64,000 nucleotides of DNA, taken from assembly GCF_011386835.1 (NCBI RefSeq), contig NC_088805.1, forward strand, positions 24,180,001 through 24,244,000, given 5' to 3'. Both the position numbers and the translations under genes were made by a program. Below, in pieces: positions 37,575-50,158 of this stretch; position 1 is the first letter of the stretch, and the number at the start of each line of letters is the position of its first letter. The notes beneath the pieces were generated by a model. That model had not been told where the DNA came from. It searched no databases and saw only the letters and a list, made by a program, of their open reading frames with translations. This stretch comes from Chrysemys picta bellii. Its lineage: Eukaryota.

Positions 37575-37885
37575 TGGTGCACTGGCTCCAACAGGTAGCC
37601 CCTACCGGCCCCAACTGAGATCAGGACCCCATTGTTCAGGGCACTGTCTGTGCACAGGGTAAGAGACAATCGCGGTCCTGAAGAGCTTGCAGTCAAAATA
37701 GAAAAGCCAGACAAAAGGTGAGAGAAAGGGAGTATTGTTTGTTTCCATTTTGGAGACTGGGATCTGAGGCCCAAAGAGAATAGATGACTTGCCCAAGATC
37801 CCACAGGAAGTCTGCGCTAAAGGCCTGGAAGTTAAACCCAGATCTCCTGCATCCCAGTCCAATGCCTCAACCACACAACCATTCT
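37575..37885 (-). mobile_element. MIR-like CORE-SINE with L2-type tail
   Basis: L2-like tail (cctgaagagcttgcagtc), core (gatgacttgcccaagatcccacagg) and tRNA head (aacccagatctcctgcatcccagtcc). Confidence 0.7.
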
Positions 37886-38217
37886 TCCTGTCATCTTCTT
37901 CATACCAGGGCATCTCATAGTTTTCTGGCTGCTAGTTCCTGTCATTTCCTTCATTGAGGGCATGGTGCCATTGACTGGAATATTCAAACATTGCCTGTTG
38001 TTTTGCATCTCTCCCTCTGTTTCCAAAACAAGTCGTTCACTTCTTGGCTAATAAGCCAAGAGCCACCCTGAAGTTATATACCACATTTGTGGCTCCCCAC
38101 ACACTTGTATTTTTTCTTTTCTGAAGAGAGAAGCAACTCATGGGGCATTTTCTTATCTAAACAAAATTAAAAGAACGGTACACTCCTCCATTAAAAATAA
38201 AAGCTCTTCCCACTCAC

Positions 38218-38291
38218 CTCTTATCTCTGAAATATGAATGTAGCTTCGATCAAAAGATAATCTTGAGGACCCTCTAATGACGATACTACAG
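38218..38291 (-). other. Candidate spliced exon (74 nt), gene unidentified
   Basis: Strong acceptor ttttgttttttttttcag| and consensus donor GAG|gtgagt; the only frame open throughout (phase 2 to 1) reads CSIVIRGSSRLSFDRSYIHISEIR. Confidence 0.5.
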
Positions 38292-39179
38292 CTGAAAAAA
38301 AAACAAAACCCCAAACCCTCTGTCACCCTCACCTTCCATGAACTTGATTTACTGAAGCTCTAAGTAACAGAACTTGTTTTCAGTACTATTATAGCTTCAG
38401 GGCTACTTCCACAAGTCTCACGCATATTGCCTTCCAGTCCAGTGCACGCCCCTCTTAATTACCATTCTGTGTAGTAGTAGCACTGAGCACAAAAATAACT
38501 CCATTAAACCTCAGCATCACTGCCTTGATCTGAAACGAAATACAACAGATGGCACCGCACAATCTTCCGTGACTGGCTGTTGACACACACGGTAAACGGC
38601 GTTTCTATAGGTAAAATGTGCACGGGAGGGTTAGTTTCATTAATCATCTCTGCAAGGGCATTGTGGGCAGTCTCTTGCTTTTCCTGGGGTGAGCTTGTGA
38701 CTTGTGCTATACACCCACACAGAGGTATGAAAGAGAGTAGGACACACTTCTCCATGGACTGCCTGAGCCTGGGGTCAAGGCATGCAGAAGTAAGTGGGTA
38801 CTGTGCACCTGTTTATGTCCTCTGCAGAGCTGCTCAACAGGGTGCGAGCGAGGAATGGGTGCCACCCTCTGTGCACTCTGGCCAGTGCAGAAGAACAACT
38901 TGACTGAACTGGGGATGTTGTAATGTGCCGGTGTGGTACAGGTTAGGAGTAAATTACTACCACTCTGAAGAAAAGAGGAAGCATGGGAGGAATTGTACTG
39001 CAGAGGTGTTTGAGTCACAATGCTTCCTGAATAGGGGGCAGTCTATTTATTACCCTTTGTCCCTATATCACACACCCATGGCCAAATATTTCCCATAGTT
39101 ACACCCAAGGAACCCTGTTGGACTCTATAGGTTTTCCCAGGAGTAACTGTGGGTAGAACTTGGCCCAGAGCTCCCAGTG

Positions 39180-39740
39180 TGTGGTGAGACCCAGAGACCC
39201 TTTGATGCCAACTAGCAGAGGGCTCGGGGACTATGTAGGGTTTTACAGAGATGCCCTAGATTGGCTATATGCATAATAGCTGAACAAACCGAGGCGTGAG
39301 AGAGCCCGTAGCCCACTGGTCATCATGATCATTGCAAAGTGTGTGTACAGATCATATCTAAGGAGTTATGTATCTCTACTGAAAAGCTAGGTTCTTAAGG
39401 TCTTCGAGTTTAGGCAGATCACCTCCTGCCTGAAAAGCACCTGTTACCTTGGAAATGTTCCTATCTCCCTGCCTGGTCACTTGTGTATTGTGTGCCTCAC
39501 AATGTGTAGGCCTGTTTGCATACCAAGCCACAGGTAAAGGAAGAGATTACGAAATGTACTAGAAAGGAAGTTTACAAGATGAAACAAACAGCTGGGGGTG
39601 TCCTGTTTATGAATAAAGACAAAGGATGGGATTAGTATATCGGGGAAGAGGGCAAAAAACCCACACAGAATCCTTCACCTAGGAGGCAAGCAGACACATG
39701 TTTCTCATGAAATGGGGGTCACAGCCAACCTGGCTGTTTC
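39180..39740 (+). mobile_element. Probable LTR 5' fragment
   Basis: Organisation resembles the 5' part of the 59631 LTR (…catgat…tgta…tatat…ctgaaa…); truncated by a CR1 piece; family recalled from memory. Confidence 0.5.
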
Positions 39741-39744
39741 TTTT

Positions 39745-39905
39745 TGCCAGGGGATGTTGTGAAGACAAAAAATATAACTGGGTTCAAAAAAGAATTAGAT
39801 AAATTCCTGGCGGATTGGTCCATCGATGGCTATTTGCCAAGATAGTCAGGGATGCATCCCCATGCTCTGGGTGTCCCTAAGCCTCTGACTTGCTAAGGCT
39901 GGGCC
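39745..39905 (+). mobile_element. CR1 ORF2-end/3' UTR fragment
   Basis: Similar to 27730-27890 (gccaggg.atgttg…tataactgggttcaaaaaagaattaga). Confidence 0.8.
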
Positions 39906-41232
39906 TGCCGGATGCTGTAAGAAGTCACAGTTTTACAACAGATGCATTGTAACTTGATCAATGAGCAGGTGTTATTTAGGGTGACTTCAGCCTCAAAGAT
40001 TCTGGTCTGCCAAAAATCTATCAGGCTCTAGGATACAGCTATTAATGCCCACATCTCTTTCCAGTGCAAATGAAAGAGCCATTTTCAAGTTTCATGGAAG
40101 ATGAATCTTTAACAAGACATTACCCAATCTGAGAATATTAAAAGTTGGGAATATTAAAATCAGCACACCCCCTGCTGAGTTAATTAGATACTTTCAAATT
40201 GTTGAACTATCAAAAGTCATTTGCCTAATGAGTTTCAACCTGTGACACCAGCCTCCGTGAGTCTGGGTTCTGATGTAAACTGCCCCAACATTAATGATGT
40301 TTGCACTAGACGCTGAGAGAAGGTGGACTTCAAAGGCTGCATCAGCAAGAAGGCTCCCAGAAAGACGCAAGGTAGAAAGGTAGCCAAAGATGGAATTGAG
40401 GCTGCTCTCCTTACAGTTGTAGGCTACATTCTAAGCCAAACAAAGGCAGTTTCATTGTGCAATCAACAACACCTGCAGTAATAATAAAATATTTCATGTC
40501 AGAAATTTTGGGATGAGCCCTCAGGTTCTGAAGATACAAGAATCTCTAAACTCTTTATTATTATTATTTTTAGTTTGGAAAAGATTCAGGGAAGTGTTCT
40601 CTGACCTCAATGGTAACTCTGGGTCACACTTCTAAGTGGGTCACTATAATTTGCCTCTGCTGCGTGTTTACTCGATAATTTAAAGACTTTTTTGAACGAG
40701 CCCCGCAGGACTCCAATGGGGCTACCAGACTGCTCAGTGAAGTCCCATTTCTGCTTCTGTGGAGCCTCTCCTGGAAACTGCCATGCAGCCTAAGCCTCAG
40801 GACAGTTGCCCTCCCCTAGAGACTTATCCTGGTAAACGAAAAGCCAAAGTAAATTTGATTTCCCCTGAATGGTATTGTCTCATTTTGCTGAGCAAGGCAG
40901 TTCTCCAGCTGCTCCAATGGCAGAACCACCACAACCTGAGCGAGGTCTTGTGAAGTGTGGAAATCTGGGCTGGCTCATTGTTATCTTCAATATATGGGAT
41001 TATGGAGTTTTTCCAGTGTTAGGGAAGAAGCTTCTCAGTCCCAAAGAAGTCCCTAAATCATGAGAGATTTGGACAATAGAGTCAGATGATTCAGTGCAGG
41101 CTCAGACCTGGAAGACTAAAGAGAGGGATAATGTGAGGACTCCAGAAAAGGGAGTGATGGGTGTTCTGATATCCCAGGGATGGGCCTGGTCGAAGAACCT
41201 AAATAAACCGTGGTAGGGGGAGTGTTTGGAGG

Positions 41233-41516
41233 GAGTTGATGGATAGCCAGCGGAAAAGGAAGAGGTAGAGCAGGGAAACTTCAAAAGTTCTGAAGGAACA
41301 TCTGAGCTCCGGTGGGCTTGAATTTCTAAATCTTCTGAGGTTGGCCTCACCAAAAAAAAAGGAGCAACATGGTTGAGTTGATGGATAGCCAGCGGAAAAG
41401 GAAGAGGTAGAGCAGGGAAACTTCAAAAGTTCTGAAGGAACATCTGAGCTCTGGTGGGCTTGAATTTCTAAATCTTCTGAGGTTGTCCTCACCAAAAAAA
41501 AAGGAGCAACATGGTT
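41233..41516. repeat. Head-to-tail tandem duplication, 2 x 142 bp
   Basis: 41233-41374 vs 41375-41516 differ at only 2 positions by eye (ctccgg/ctctgg; ttggcc/ttgtcc). Confidence 0.95.
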
Positions 41517-41756
41517 AGTATCATCGTCACTGAATCCAGAGAAAGATGCACATCATTAGTGTTTACAAGATGTCTTTGTCGGTGTGTCTGCCTGGAAAGT
41601 GCTCAGTCATGATGGTCAACAGTAGGTGCTATATACAGAATTAGTAACCGTGCCCTTTCTGGATGCAAAGGACCAACCTTTCTTTAAGTGTCTTTGCTTA
41701 GGGACAGATACTCCTTGGCTCCTCTGTGGGGGCACAGTGCAAAGATTATGCCCTGC

Positions 41757-43449
41757 ATAATCATAGAATCATAGAATATCAGGGTTGGAAGGGACCCTCA
41801 GGAGGTCATCTAGTCCAACCCCCTGCTCAAAGCAGGACCAGTCCCCAACTAAATCATCCCAGCCAGGGCTTTGTCAAGCCTGACCTTAAAAACCTATAAG
41901 GAAGGAGATTCCACCACCTCCCTAGGTAACCCATTCCAGTGCTTCACCACCCTCCTAGTGAAATAGTGTTTCCTAATATCCAACCTAAACCTCCCCAACT
42001 GCAACTTGAGACCATTACTCCTTGTTCTGTCATCTGGTACCACTGAGAACAGTCTAGATCCATCCTCTTTGGAACCCTCTTTCAGGTAGTTGAAAGCAGC
42101 TATCAAATCCCCCCTCATTCTTCTCTTCTGCAGACTAAATAATCCCAGTTCCCTCAGCTTTGCCTCATAAATCATGTGTTCCAGCCCCCTAATCATTTTT
42201 GTTGCCCTCTGCTGGACTTTTTCCAATTTTCCCACATCCTTCTTGTAGTGCGGGGGCCCAAAACTGGACTCAGTACTCCAGATGAGGCCTCACCAATGCT
42301 GAATAGAGGGGAATGATCACATCCTTCGATCTGCTGGCAATGCTCCTACTTATACAGCCCAAAATGCCATTAGCCTTCTTGGCAACAAGGGCACACTGTT
42401 GACTTGTATCCAGCTTCTCGTCCACTGTAACCCCTAGGTCCTTTTCTGCAGAACTGCTGCCTAGCCGCTCGGTCCCTAGCCTGTAGCAGTGCATGGGATT
42501 CTTCCATCCTAAGTGCAGGACTCTGCACTTGTCCTCGTTGAACCTCATCAGATTTATTTTGGCCCAAACCTCTAATTTGTCTAGGTTCCTCTGTATCCTA
42601 TCCCTACCCTCCAACGTATCTACCACTCCTCCCAGTTTAGTGTCATCTGCAAACTTGCTGTGGGTGCAATCCACGCCATCCTCTAGATCATTAATGAAGA
42701 TATTGAACAAAACCGGCCCCAGGACTGACCCTTGGGGCACTCCGCTTGATACAGGCTGCCAACTAGACCTGGAGCCATTGATCATTACCCTTGGAGCCCG
42801 ACGATCTAGCCAGCTTTCTATCCACCTTATAGTTCATTCATCCAGCCCATACTTCTTTAATTTGCTGGCAAGAATACTGTGGGAGACCGTATCAAAAGCT
42901 TTGCTAAAGTCAAGGAATAACACGTCCACCGCTTTCCCCGATCTACAGAGCCAGTTATCTCATCACAGAAGGCAATTAGGTTAGTCAGGCATGACTTGCC
43001 TTTAGTGAATCCATGCTGACTGTTCCTAATCACTTTTCTCTCCTCTAAGTGCTTCAAAATGTGTTCCTTGAGGACCTGCTTCATGATTTTTCCAGGGACT
43101 GAGGTGAGGCTGACTGGACTGTAGTTCCCCGGATCCTCCTTCTTCCCTTTTTTAAAGATGGGTACTACAGTAGCCTTTTTCCAGTCATCCGAGACCTCCC
43201 CCAATCGTCATGAGTTTTCAAAGATAATGGCCAATGGCTCTGCAATCACATCCGCCAACTACTTTAGCACCCTCGGGTGCAGTGCGTCCGGCCCCATGGA
43301 CTTGTGCTAGTCCAGCTTTTCTAAATAGTCCTGAACCACTTCTTTCTCCACGGAGGGCTGGTCACCTCCTCCCCATACTGTGCTACCCAGTGCAGTAGTC
43401 TGGGAGCTGACCTTGTTCATGAAGACAGAGGCAAAAAAAGCATTGAGTG
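41757..43449 (-). mobile_element. 5'-truncated CR1 LINE with disrupted RT
   Basis: (ATTCTATG)n tail at 41757-41777; ORF2 motifs [85 protein letters not shown]; frameshifts and stops. Confidence 0.97.
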
Positions 43450-44241
43450 CCAAGTGGTTTTTATATATTGAGTATATAAGTGCCAAGCGGAATTACAGTC
43501 CCCATATACTGGGGAGCATCGTGTCTGCTCCCACGCTGGATGTTGATAGTGGCCCCAAGTGGGGCATGGAGTAGAGGCGCTATAGCTCCACCTCCTCTCC
43601 CTCAAGGAACTGGCAAACAGTGGGCAGGCCTGACAGAGGGTGGGAGGAGGTGCACACTGGTAGATCCAATAGGTCAGTAGCCTAGGGGTAAAAGCGATAG
43701 CTACTCTATTGTATGATGCTTCCTTCTTAACCCCTAACACGCAGCCACATACAGTACTAAATATTGGCCAAAACAGGATTCTGAGATATGATGAGCTACA
43801 TTTGGGTCAAAATGTGAGTTCTTAGCTTCTGAAAACAGCACCAAAACTATTGAAAGCACATCTCTGTGTGAGGCTCGTTGAGGTAGCTTGTGGGTTCTGT
43901 GGCAAGATGATGTTTTTAGCACCGTAGCATTAAATTGCTATGTGGTAGGCAAACTGTAGCAATGATTATGTGGAATAATTGTGTTGTTAGACCCTGCTAG
44001 CAAAAATAATCTTCTTATGCAAAATGTATATGATTAATAAAAGATGAGCATTTTTAATTCAGTTGTCCTTGCCCTTCCTAATCCTACTTACTTTGCTTCA
44101 CTTTTCAGACAGTGCATTTTTGTAATCATTGTGTTAGTAAATCTGCCACTAGCTGTTGAGCCATTACATCAATATTTGTTTTCCAGTTGTAGGTTTGGCA
44201 GCTAATCCTCTTTAGAAATGGGTTTCACAACAGGGTTTATT

Positions 44242-44339
44242 CATGTGTGTGTGTGTGTGTGTATGCACGTGTGTGTGTGTGTATGTGTGTATGCACGTGT
44301 GTGTGTGTATATGTGTGTATGCACGCGTGTGTGTGCACA
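44242..44339. repeat. 98-bp alternating purine-pyrimidine compound microsatellite (TG/TA/CA/CG)
   Basis: Uninterrupted RY alternation with recurring TGTATGCACG units. Confidence 0.9.
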
Positions 44340-45566
44340 GTTATTGTTCATATTACTATAGCACCTAGGAGCCCTGCTCATGGAACAGGACCCTACTGTT
44401 CTAGGTGCTGTGCAAACATAGAACAAAAAGATGGTCCCTGCCCCAGGGAGCTTCAGTCTAAGGGTAAGATAAGAGACATCCGACGGAGACAGCCAGACCA
44501 GGGAACGCAAGGAGTCACAATGATGAGAGTGGTCTCAACACATCAGCAGATGAACTGTTAAGTTTTTTGTAGGCATCATGGCAAAAGAAAGTTTCAAGGA
44601 GGGATTTGAAAGAGGATAATGAGGCAGCTCTGTGGATGTTTATGGGGAGTTCCTCTCAAGCATGGGAGAAAGCACAAAGGTTCTTCTTTGAAAATTTAGT
44701 GAATGGGAGATGGAGACTGGCAACATGGGCCAATTGAAAATGAGAATCAACAGCTGTATAGTGAATTAGTGCTGATAGGTAGGGTGGGGATTGGATGAAG
44801 GGCCTTGGAAGTGCATACAAGCCCTTTGTTTGATGTAGTACAGAAGGGGAAGGGATGCAAAGAGAGGGGTGACATGGTCAAAGCAATAGGCTGGGAACAT
44901 GATCTTTGCAGCAGCATTCTGAATAGATATAAGCAGGATAATATTGCATTTGTCAAGGTCAAAGAGAAGGATGTTGTAGTAATCAAGACACAAGATGAGT
45001 GCTTTAGCTGAGCGGATTGATAGGAAAGGCAGCATATTAGCGATATTAAGAATTGGCTAGATTTAGACATAGCCTGGATGTGAGGACCTAGAGACAAGTC
45101 TGAGCTGAAGATGATGGTGGTCTGATTGAGAAAGGAGGCAGCGGGGAGAGCTCAAAATGGCTAAATAGAGACCCTAGCTATCCACAGGGAGATGTCAGAG
45201 AGAGAGGCTGAAATTTTAGTTTGGACAAAAGGACAAAAGTCTGGAGTAGAGAAGTAGGCCCGAGAGTCATCAGCGTAAGGATGGTAGTTGAATTTGTGTT
45301 TGTGGATGAGATTACCTAGAGAGAGGCTGGAAAGGGAGAAGAGAAGGACCCATGGAGCAGAAAGTTGGCAGATGGATGAAGAGGATCTTTTGATAGAGCA
45401 ATTGGAGAGGTAGGAGGACAACTGAAAAAGGACAGAATCACGGAAGCCAAGGGAGGATGAGACTTCAAGAAGAGCATGGTCAGAGGTGGCAGACAAGTCG
45501 AAGAAAAGTAGGACAGGGTACTGGTTCTGAGCTTTAGCTAGGAAAAGGATATTGGAGACTTTGGCA
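44340..45566 (-). mobile_element. 5'-truncated L2 LINE (RT remnant + 3' UTR)
   Basis: Minus-strand translations: KVSNILFLAKAQNQYPVLLFFDLSA, YHPYADDS, LDYYN.LL, IQNAAAKI…DHVTPLF; L2-type tail at 44340-44500. Confidence 0.92.
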
Positions 45567-46339
45567 AAAACAGACTACAAGGAGAGCAAACGAGGTTGGA
45601 ATTGTGTATTGCTTTCTCCTTGCAGATGACTTGTCAGTTTACAACAATTCTGTTTTGAAAACAAATGTTCCCCAGGGGCTAAAAAGAATAAATAAGAAAC
45701 AAGAAAGTGACCTAGTGACATTAAGCACAAAATAAATTTTTGCTTTCCATGGCACTGCTCCATAACCTATTGTAATCACTGGAAAGATTCCTATCGACTT
45801 CCATGGGCTTTGAATCAGGCCTCACATTCCTAATCTTGTATTACAGGAGGATAATGATGCTAGCTTTTCGTTAAATATCCTTTCAGTAACATCAATGGAC
45901 CATATAGGCATTTTGTTTGCCTTTAAAATATTGCCACTGTGTGTTATGGTAAATAAATACTTTTTGGCATCCTGATCATGTTGTCTTTACCCACTGAAGT
46001 CAGTGGTAGTTTTGCTCAAGTATTTCACTTACATTAAGACTGTAGGATTGAGCCATATAACAGGATAGCTACTTAATGGAATAGGGGCTCTCCAGTGTTC
46101 GTTATATGAAAAGCCACCATCTGCCAATAGTTACTAGACTGTGGTTTCTAATATACCACAATTTTTCCCTATATGTAGAAAAGGAGATAACCCCAGGCAC
46201 GTAGAATATGACTATGTGATAAATGCTGGCAATTGTTGACTTCTCAACTGTTTACAGTAAGCAATAAGATCTAAGTATGAAAAACAATCAATAACTGTCC
46301 TATTACTTCTAAGATGTAACAGAGCAGGCATTGTATGTT

Positions 46340-46800
46340 CAAGGCTAATGGCTAGAGTACCCCTTAGGCTGGGGTTCCCAAAGGAGCCCAAGGGATTTGG
46401 GTATTCAACTTCCATTGAATTTCAATGGGATTTGTGTGCCTAACTCCCATAAGCTCTTTTGAAAAATCACACTCTTAATGATGCAGGACACTGTGCAGGG
46501 AGCTATGCATTTAACCCCCTTGTCCTCTTTGATAGTTAAACTAGAGAAACTGGTGTGGTTGGTTTTTGTTTTTGTTTTTTTTAATAATCAAGTGATATCT
46601 AATCAACATGCAATGGGCCTAATCCTGGTTCCACTGACGTCTGTGGCAAAACCCCTGTGACTTCAACAGGAACTGAATTTGGCCCATTAACTTGCAGTAA
46701 ATGTGATCTAAGGGCTAAATTCTGTCCTTGATCTGCTCTCCCAAGCCCCATTGATCTCAATGAGAGTTGTATGCATGGATTGAGAGCAAGGTAAGGGCTG
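46340..46800. mobile_element. Cluster of short palindromic MITE-like repeats
   Basis: Several hairpin units, e.g. one centred on ccattgaatttcaatggg and one gggcctaatcc…gaatttggccc; similar units occur at ~7900-8030 and ~47160-47260. Confidence 0.55.
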
Positions 46801-47530
46801 GAGCATGTCACTTTTTTAACTTGTCCCATTGAAAGTTCACTTCCCTAAAGGCACTGTCAAGGTCCCTGAAAACTATAATTAGTGATGTGTACTAAGAATT
46901 ATATGGAGCGACATCTATGGTGTCTTCCATAGCCCAGAATAAGATACAGTCCTTGCCTTGAAGCGCTGATGGTGGAACAGATAAAACCTATTCTATAGTT
47001 CAAAAAAGGAAAGAAGTGGGTGTAGAAGTCATTGACAAGGAAACTCCTATAGAAAAGGAGACCCACAGGGAAGAACTGGGGTTAAAAGAGAGATGTGGAG
47101 GAGAAGCAAGGAAGCACTTGGCAGATGAGAAGTGGTGAGATTTTGTTTTCCAGGCATAGCCCCTGATCCTGCAATAAGCTCTGTGTGGGTGAACCCCTGT
47201 GTCTATGCAGAGCCCCACTGAAGACAATCAGATGCTGTGTGGATGCAAGGGTTGAGTCATCTGAGGCTCACTGTAAACCCAGAACCAGTAGTGGGCAACA
47301 AGAAAGAAGGCACAGAGCTGAGAAGAGACGGAGATGAGAGGAGGAGGAGAAGTAGGAGAAAATGGAAGGGAAGCTGCAGGCAGAGTACAGGTTGTGTAGG
47401 ACTTGACACGTAAGTGTGGTTAATTGGAGTTTGATGCAGTAAAGCGAGGAAAAGGTGAGGAGTGACACAGTCCATGCAATGGGGAAGGAAGATGCTTATG
47501 TTAGCCATAATCTAAATGTGGGGGATCATG

Positions 47531-48060
47531 CAGGGCTGGGTGAAAATTTTCTGTTGAAAATGTTTTCCAGTGGAAAAAAATAGGTTTCCACCACCACCAT
47601 GAACAAAAAGTTCTTTAATGAAAAGGGTGCACTTTCTGCAGAATATTTTTTCTTTTTTTTTTTGGTCAATAATTCAGTGCCTGAAAATAAAAATAAAAAT
47701 TTGACTTGAAAACTAAAATTATTTGAATGTAGAAATGTCTCTGCAGTGCCTCATGGGAGTTATAGTGGGGATGCCTCACGGTCCCCTTCTCTGTAGGTTG
47801 GGCTCCCCAGCCAAACTTTATCTCCCATGATGCCATCACCAAAAGGGGAGACCGTGGCACATCACAGGCAATATAGGTTGAGCAGGGAGCCTGGCCTATA
47901 GAGGAGAATGGGCACATGAGGCAACCTAGTGACAACTCCCATGTGCCACTGTGGTAGCATTTCCAAATTGAAATAATTTAGGTTTTGATTTTTCATTGAC
48001 AAGTCCACATTTTCATGCGGGAGGGGGGGAGGAAAAGTCCCATTTTTTGAACCAGCTCTG
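47531..48060. mobile_element. hAT-type MITE, 530 bp
   Basis: TIRs CAGGGCTGG / CCAGCTCTG; TSD GGATCATG/GGATCATC (7/8); internally symmetric. Confidence 0.88.
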
Positions 48061-48920
48061 GGATCATCCTGTTCTTGTCCAGACAACTAATAAAATCCTG
48101 AGAAGGTACAGGAATACTTTTGTAACAAAGTTTTGGGGATTGTAGTGTTTTCTAAGGTTTTACAATTGGCACTAATATGTTCCGTCTGTGAAACAATGGC
48201 TTGTCTAGGGGAATAACATGAGGAATGCAATAAAAATAGTCATTCTTTGCTATTGTTCTATTTTAATATACCCTGCAAGACTTTTAAGATTATGATCTTA
48301 GAGGAAATAGAAATTAAAACACCCAGTGTACCAATATTTTTGCATGTAAATGTCTTGTCTACAGTCGCACTGTGATTCAATCTTTAAAATGGATTTCTGT
48401 TTATGAGATGCTTAAAGTCATGTAATGCTACATTAACCAAATAACATATTAATATCTGTTCACTGCACAAACAATGACATATTCCATACAACTCCAAACA
48501 CCATGTAGGAAATGCAACTGAAGATCTGGTTACAAACTAACTAAGGAAATCTTTGATGGGCCTTAAATGATGACTGTATTGCTGAAGGTTTGGAAACTGA
48601 GTTGAGGGTAAGCACCCTAAAAATCAGATGCTTATTGAACTACAGTATTTACTTAGCACTTCACTACCACAGTGGTTAAGTACATATAGTGCAAGTAATG
48701 ATATCTGTTGGAAATCTTTTAAGCTGATACACTTGTATAGAAAATACCTAAGGAAAACAGCACATAACTAGATAATGTTATCTAGATATGTATGAAATTT
48801 GGAAGTTGTGTAATGGCAACATCTACAGCTCTGAAAAGTCTATTTAATAAAAAAAAAAGGGGGGGGAGAGCATCATCCAATGATACAAAAGACAACCAGA
48901 TGTGTTTTTCTTATCAGTGA

Positions 48921-49043
48921 GGGTGCAAATTACCCCTGTTAAGAGGGTCAGCACAAGTCTAATGCATCAGTAGATCCCTGTTAAGCTCTTATTTGAGGAT
49001 CTTAGTGTTGTACTGGCCCTAGGCATATGGGTGAATCTCACCC
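48921..49043. mobile_element. Small MITE with GGGTGAAATTCACCC-type TIRs
   Basis: Ends gggtgcaaattaccc / gggtgaatctcaccc; flanks TGA/TAA; related ends at ~9150, 10541, 23438 and 31062. Confidence 0.55.
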
Positions 49044-49529
49044 TAATTGTTTTTACATCAAAACTCAAGATATGTGCTTACAACAGGAGATCACTGCAAA
49101 GTAGCCACTTGGGAATGTGTCTGTATTTGAGGCAAACATTTATATATGGTGATCTGAACTTCTTTAAGACTTCTGTTGTTGGATGTTGAACGAAGTAGAG
49201 CTAACTTATCAGGATGAAAGATCCTTTCTACATATTTTTTAATTAAATTGAATATGGTGCTTTGATTTAGTGTGCATGGATTTGCGTCTTATACGCCCCC
49301 ACACCTGAACTTCGAGTTAGAGGAAACACAAAATCTTCACGTCAACACCAGTCAAAACAACTACATTTTTTCCTGGTTTCGAGTAAAAACTGAGAATTTT
49401 GTAAATTTTCAGGGCAAGAACCCTCAGCAAATACTTTTGTGAACATAGTCTGGCATTTTAAGTTGGTAGGAAAATCAGAAAAGAGTCAAATTTTGGGTCA
49501 TGCTCTTTATGCACGAATCATTTATAAAG

Positions 49530-49727
49530 GGTTAATAGGTGTTTTCAAGTATATAAAAGGTTGTTACAAGGAGGAGGGCGAAAAATTGTTTTTCTTAACC
49601 TCTGAGGATAGGACAAGAAACTATGAGCTTAAATTGCAGCAAAGGTGGTTTAGGTTGGACATTCCTAACTGTCAGAGTGGTTAAGCACTGGAATAAATTG
49701 TGTAGGGAGGTTGTGGAATCTCCATCA
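49530..49727 (+). mobile_element. Host CR1 (left part of split ORF2 end)
   Basis: GVFKYIKGCYKEEGEKLF…DRTRNYELKLQQRWFRLDI; breaks at gaatctccatca and resumes at 52444. Confidence 0.88.
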
Positions 49728-50158
49728 TAGACTCATAGACTCTAAGGTCAGAAGGGACCATTATGATCATCTAGTCTGACCTCCCACATGCTGCGGGCCA
49801 CAAAAGCTGACCCACCCACTCCCGGAAGAATTCTCTCCCTTGACTCAGCTGTTGAAGTCCCTAAATCATGATTTAAAGACTTCAAATCGCTGAGAATCCT
49901 CCAGCAAGCGACCCCTGCCCCATGCTGTGGAGGAAGGCGAAAAACCTCCAGGGCCTCTGCCAATCTACCCTGGAGGAAAATTCCTTCCCGACTCCTATGG
50001 CGATCAGCTGAACCCCGAGCATGCGGGCAAGATTCTCTAGCCAGACCTCTGGAAAAAGTTCTCTGTAGTAACTTTTAATATCCCATCATTGACCATTGTT
50101 GCTAATTACCAGCGATGGTACGTTATTGAACTATTGACTAAAATCACTTTATCCCATC

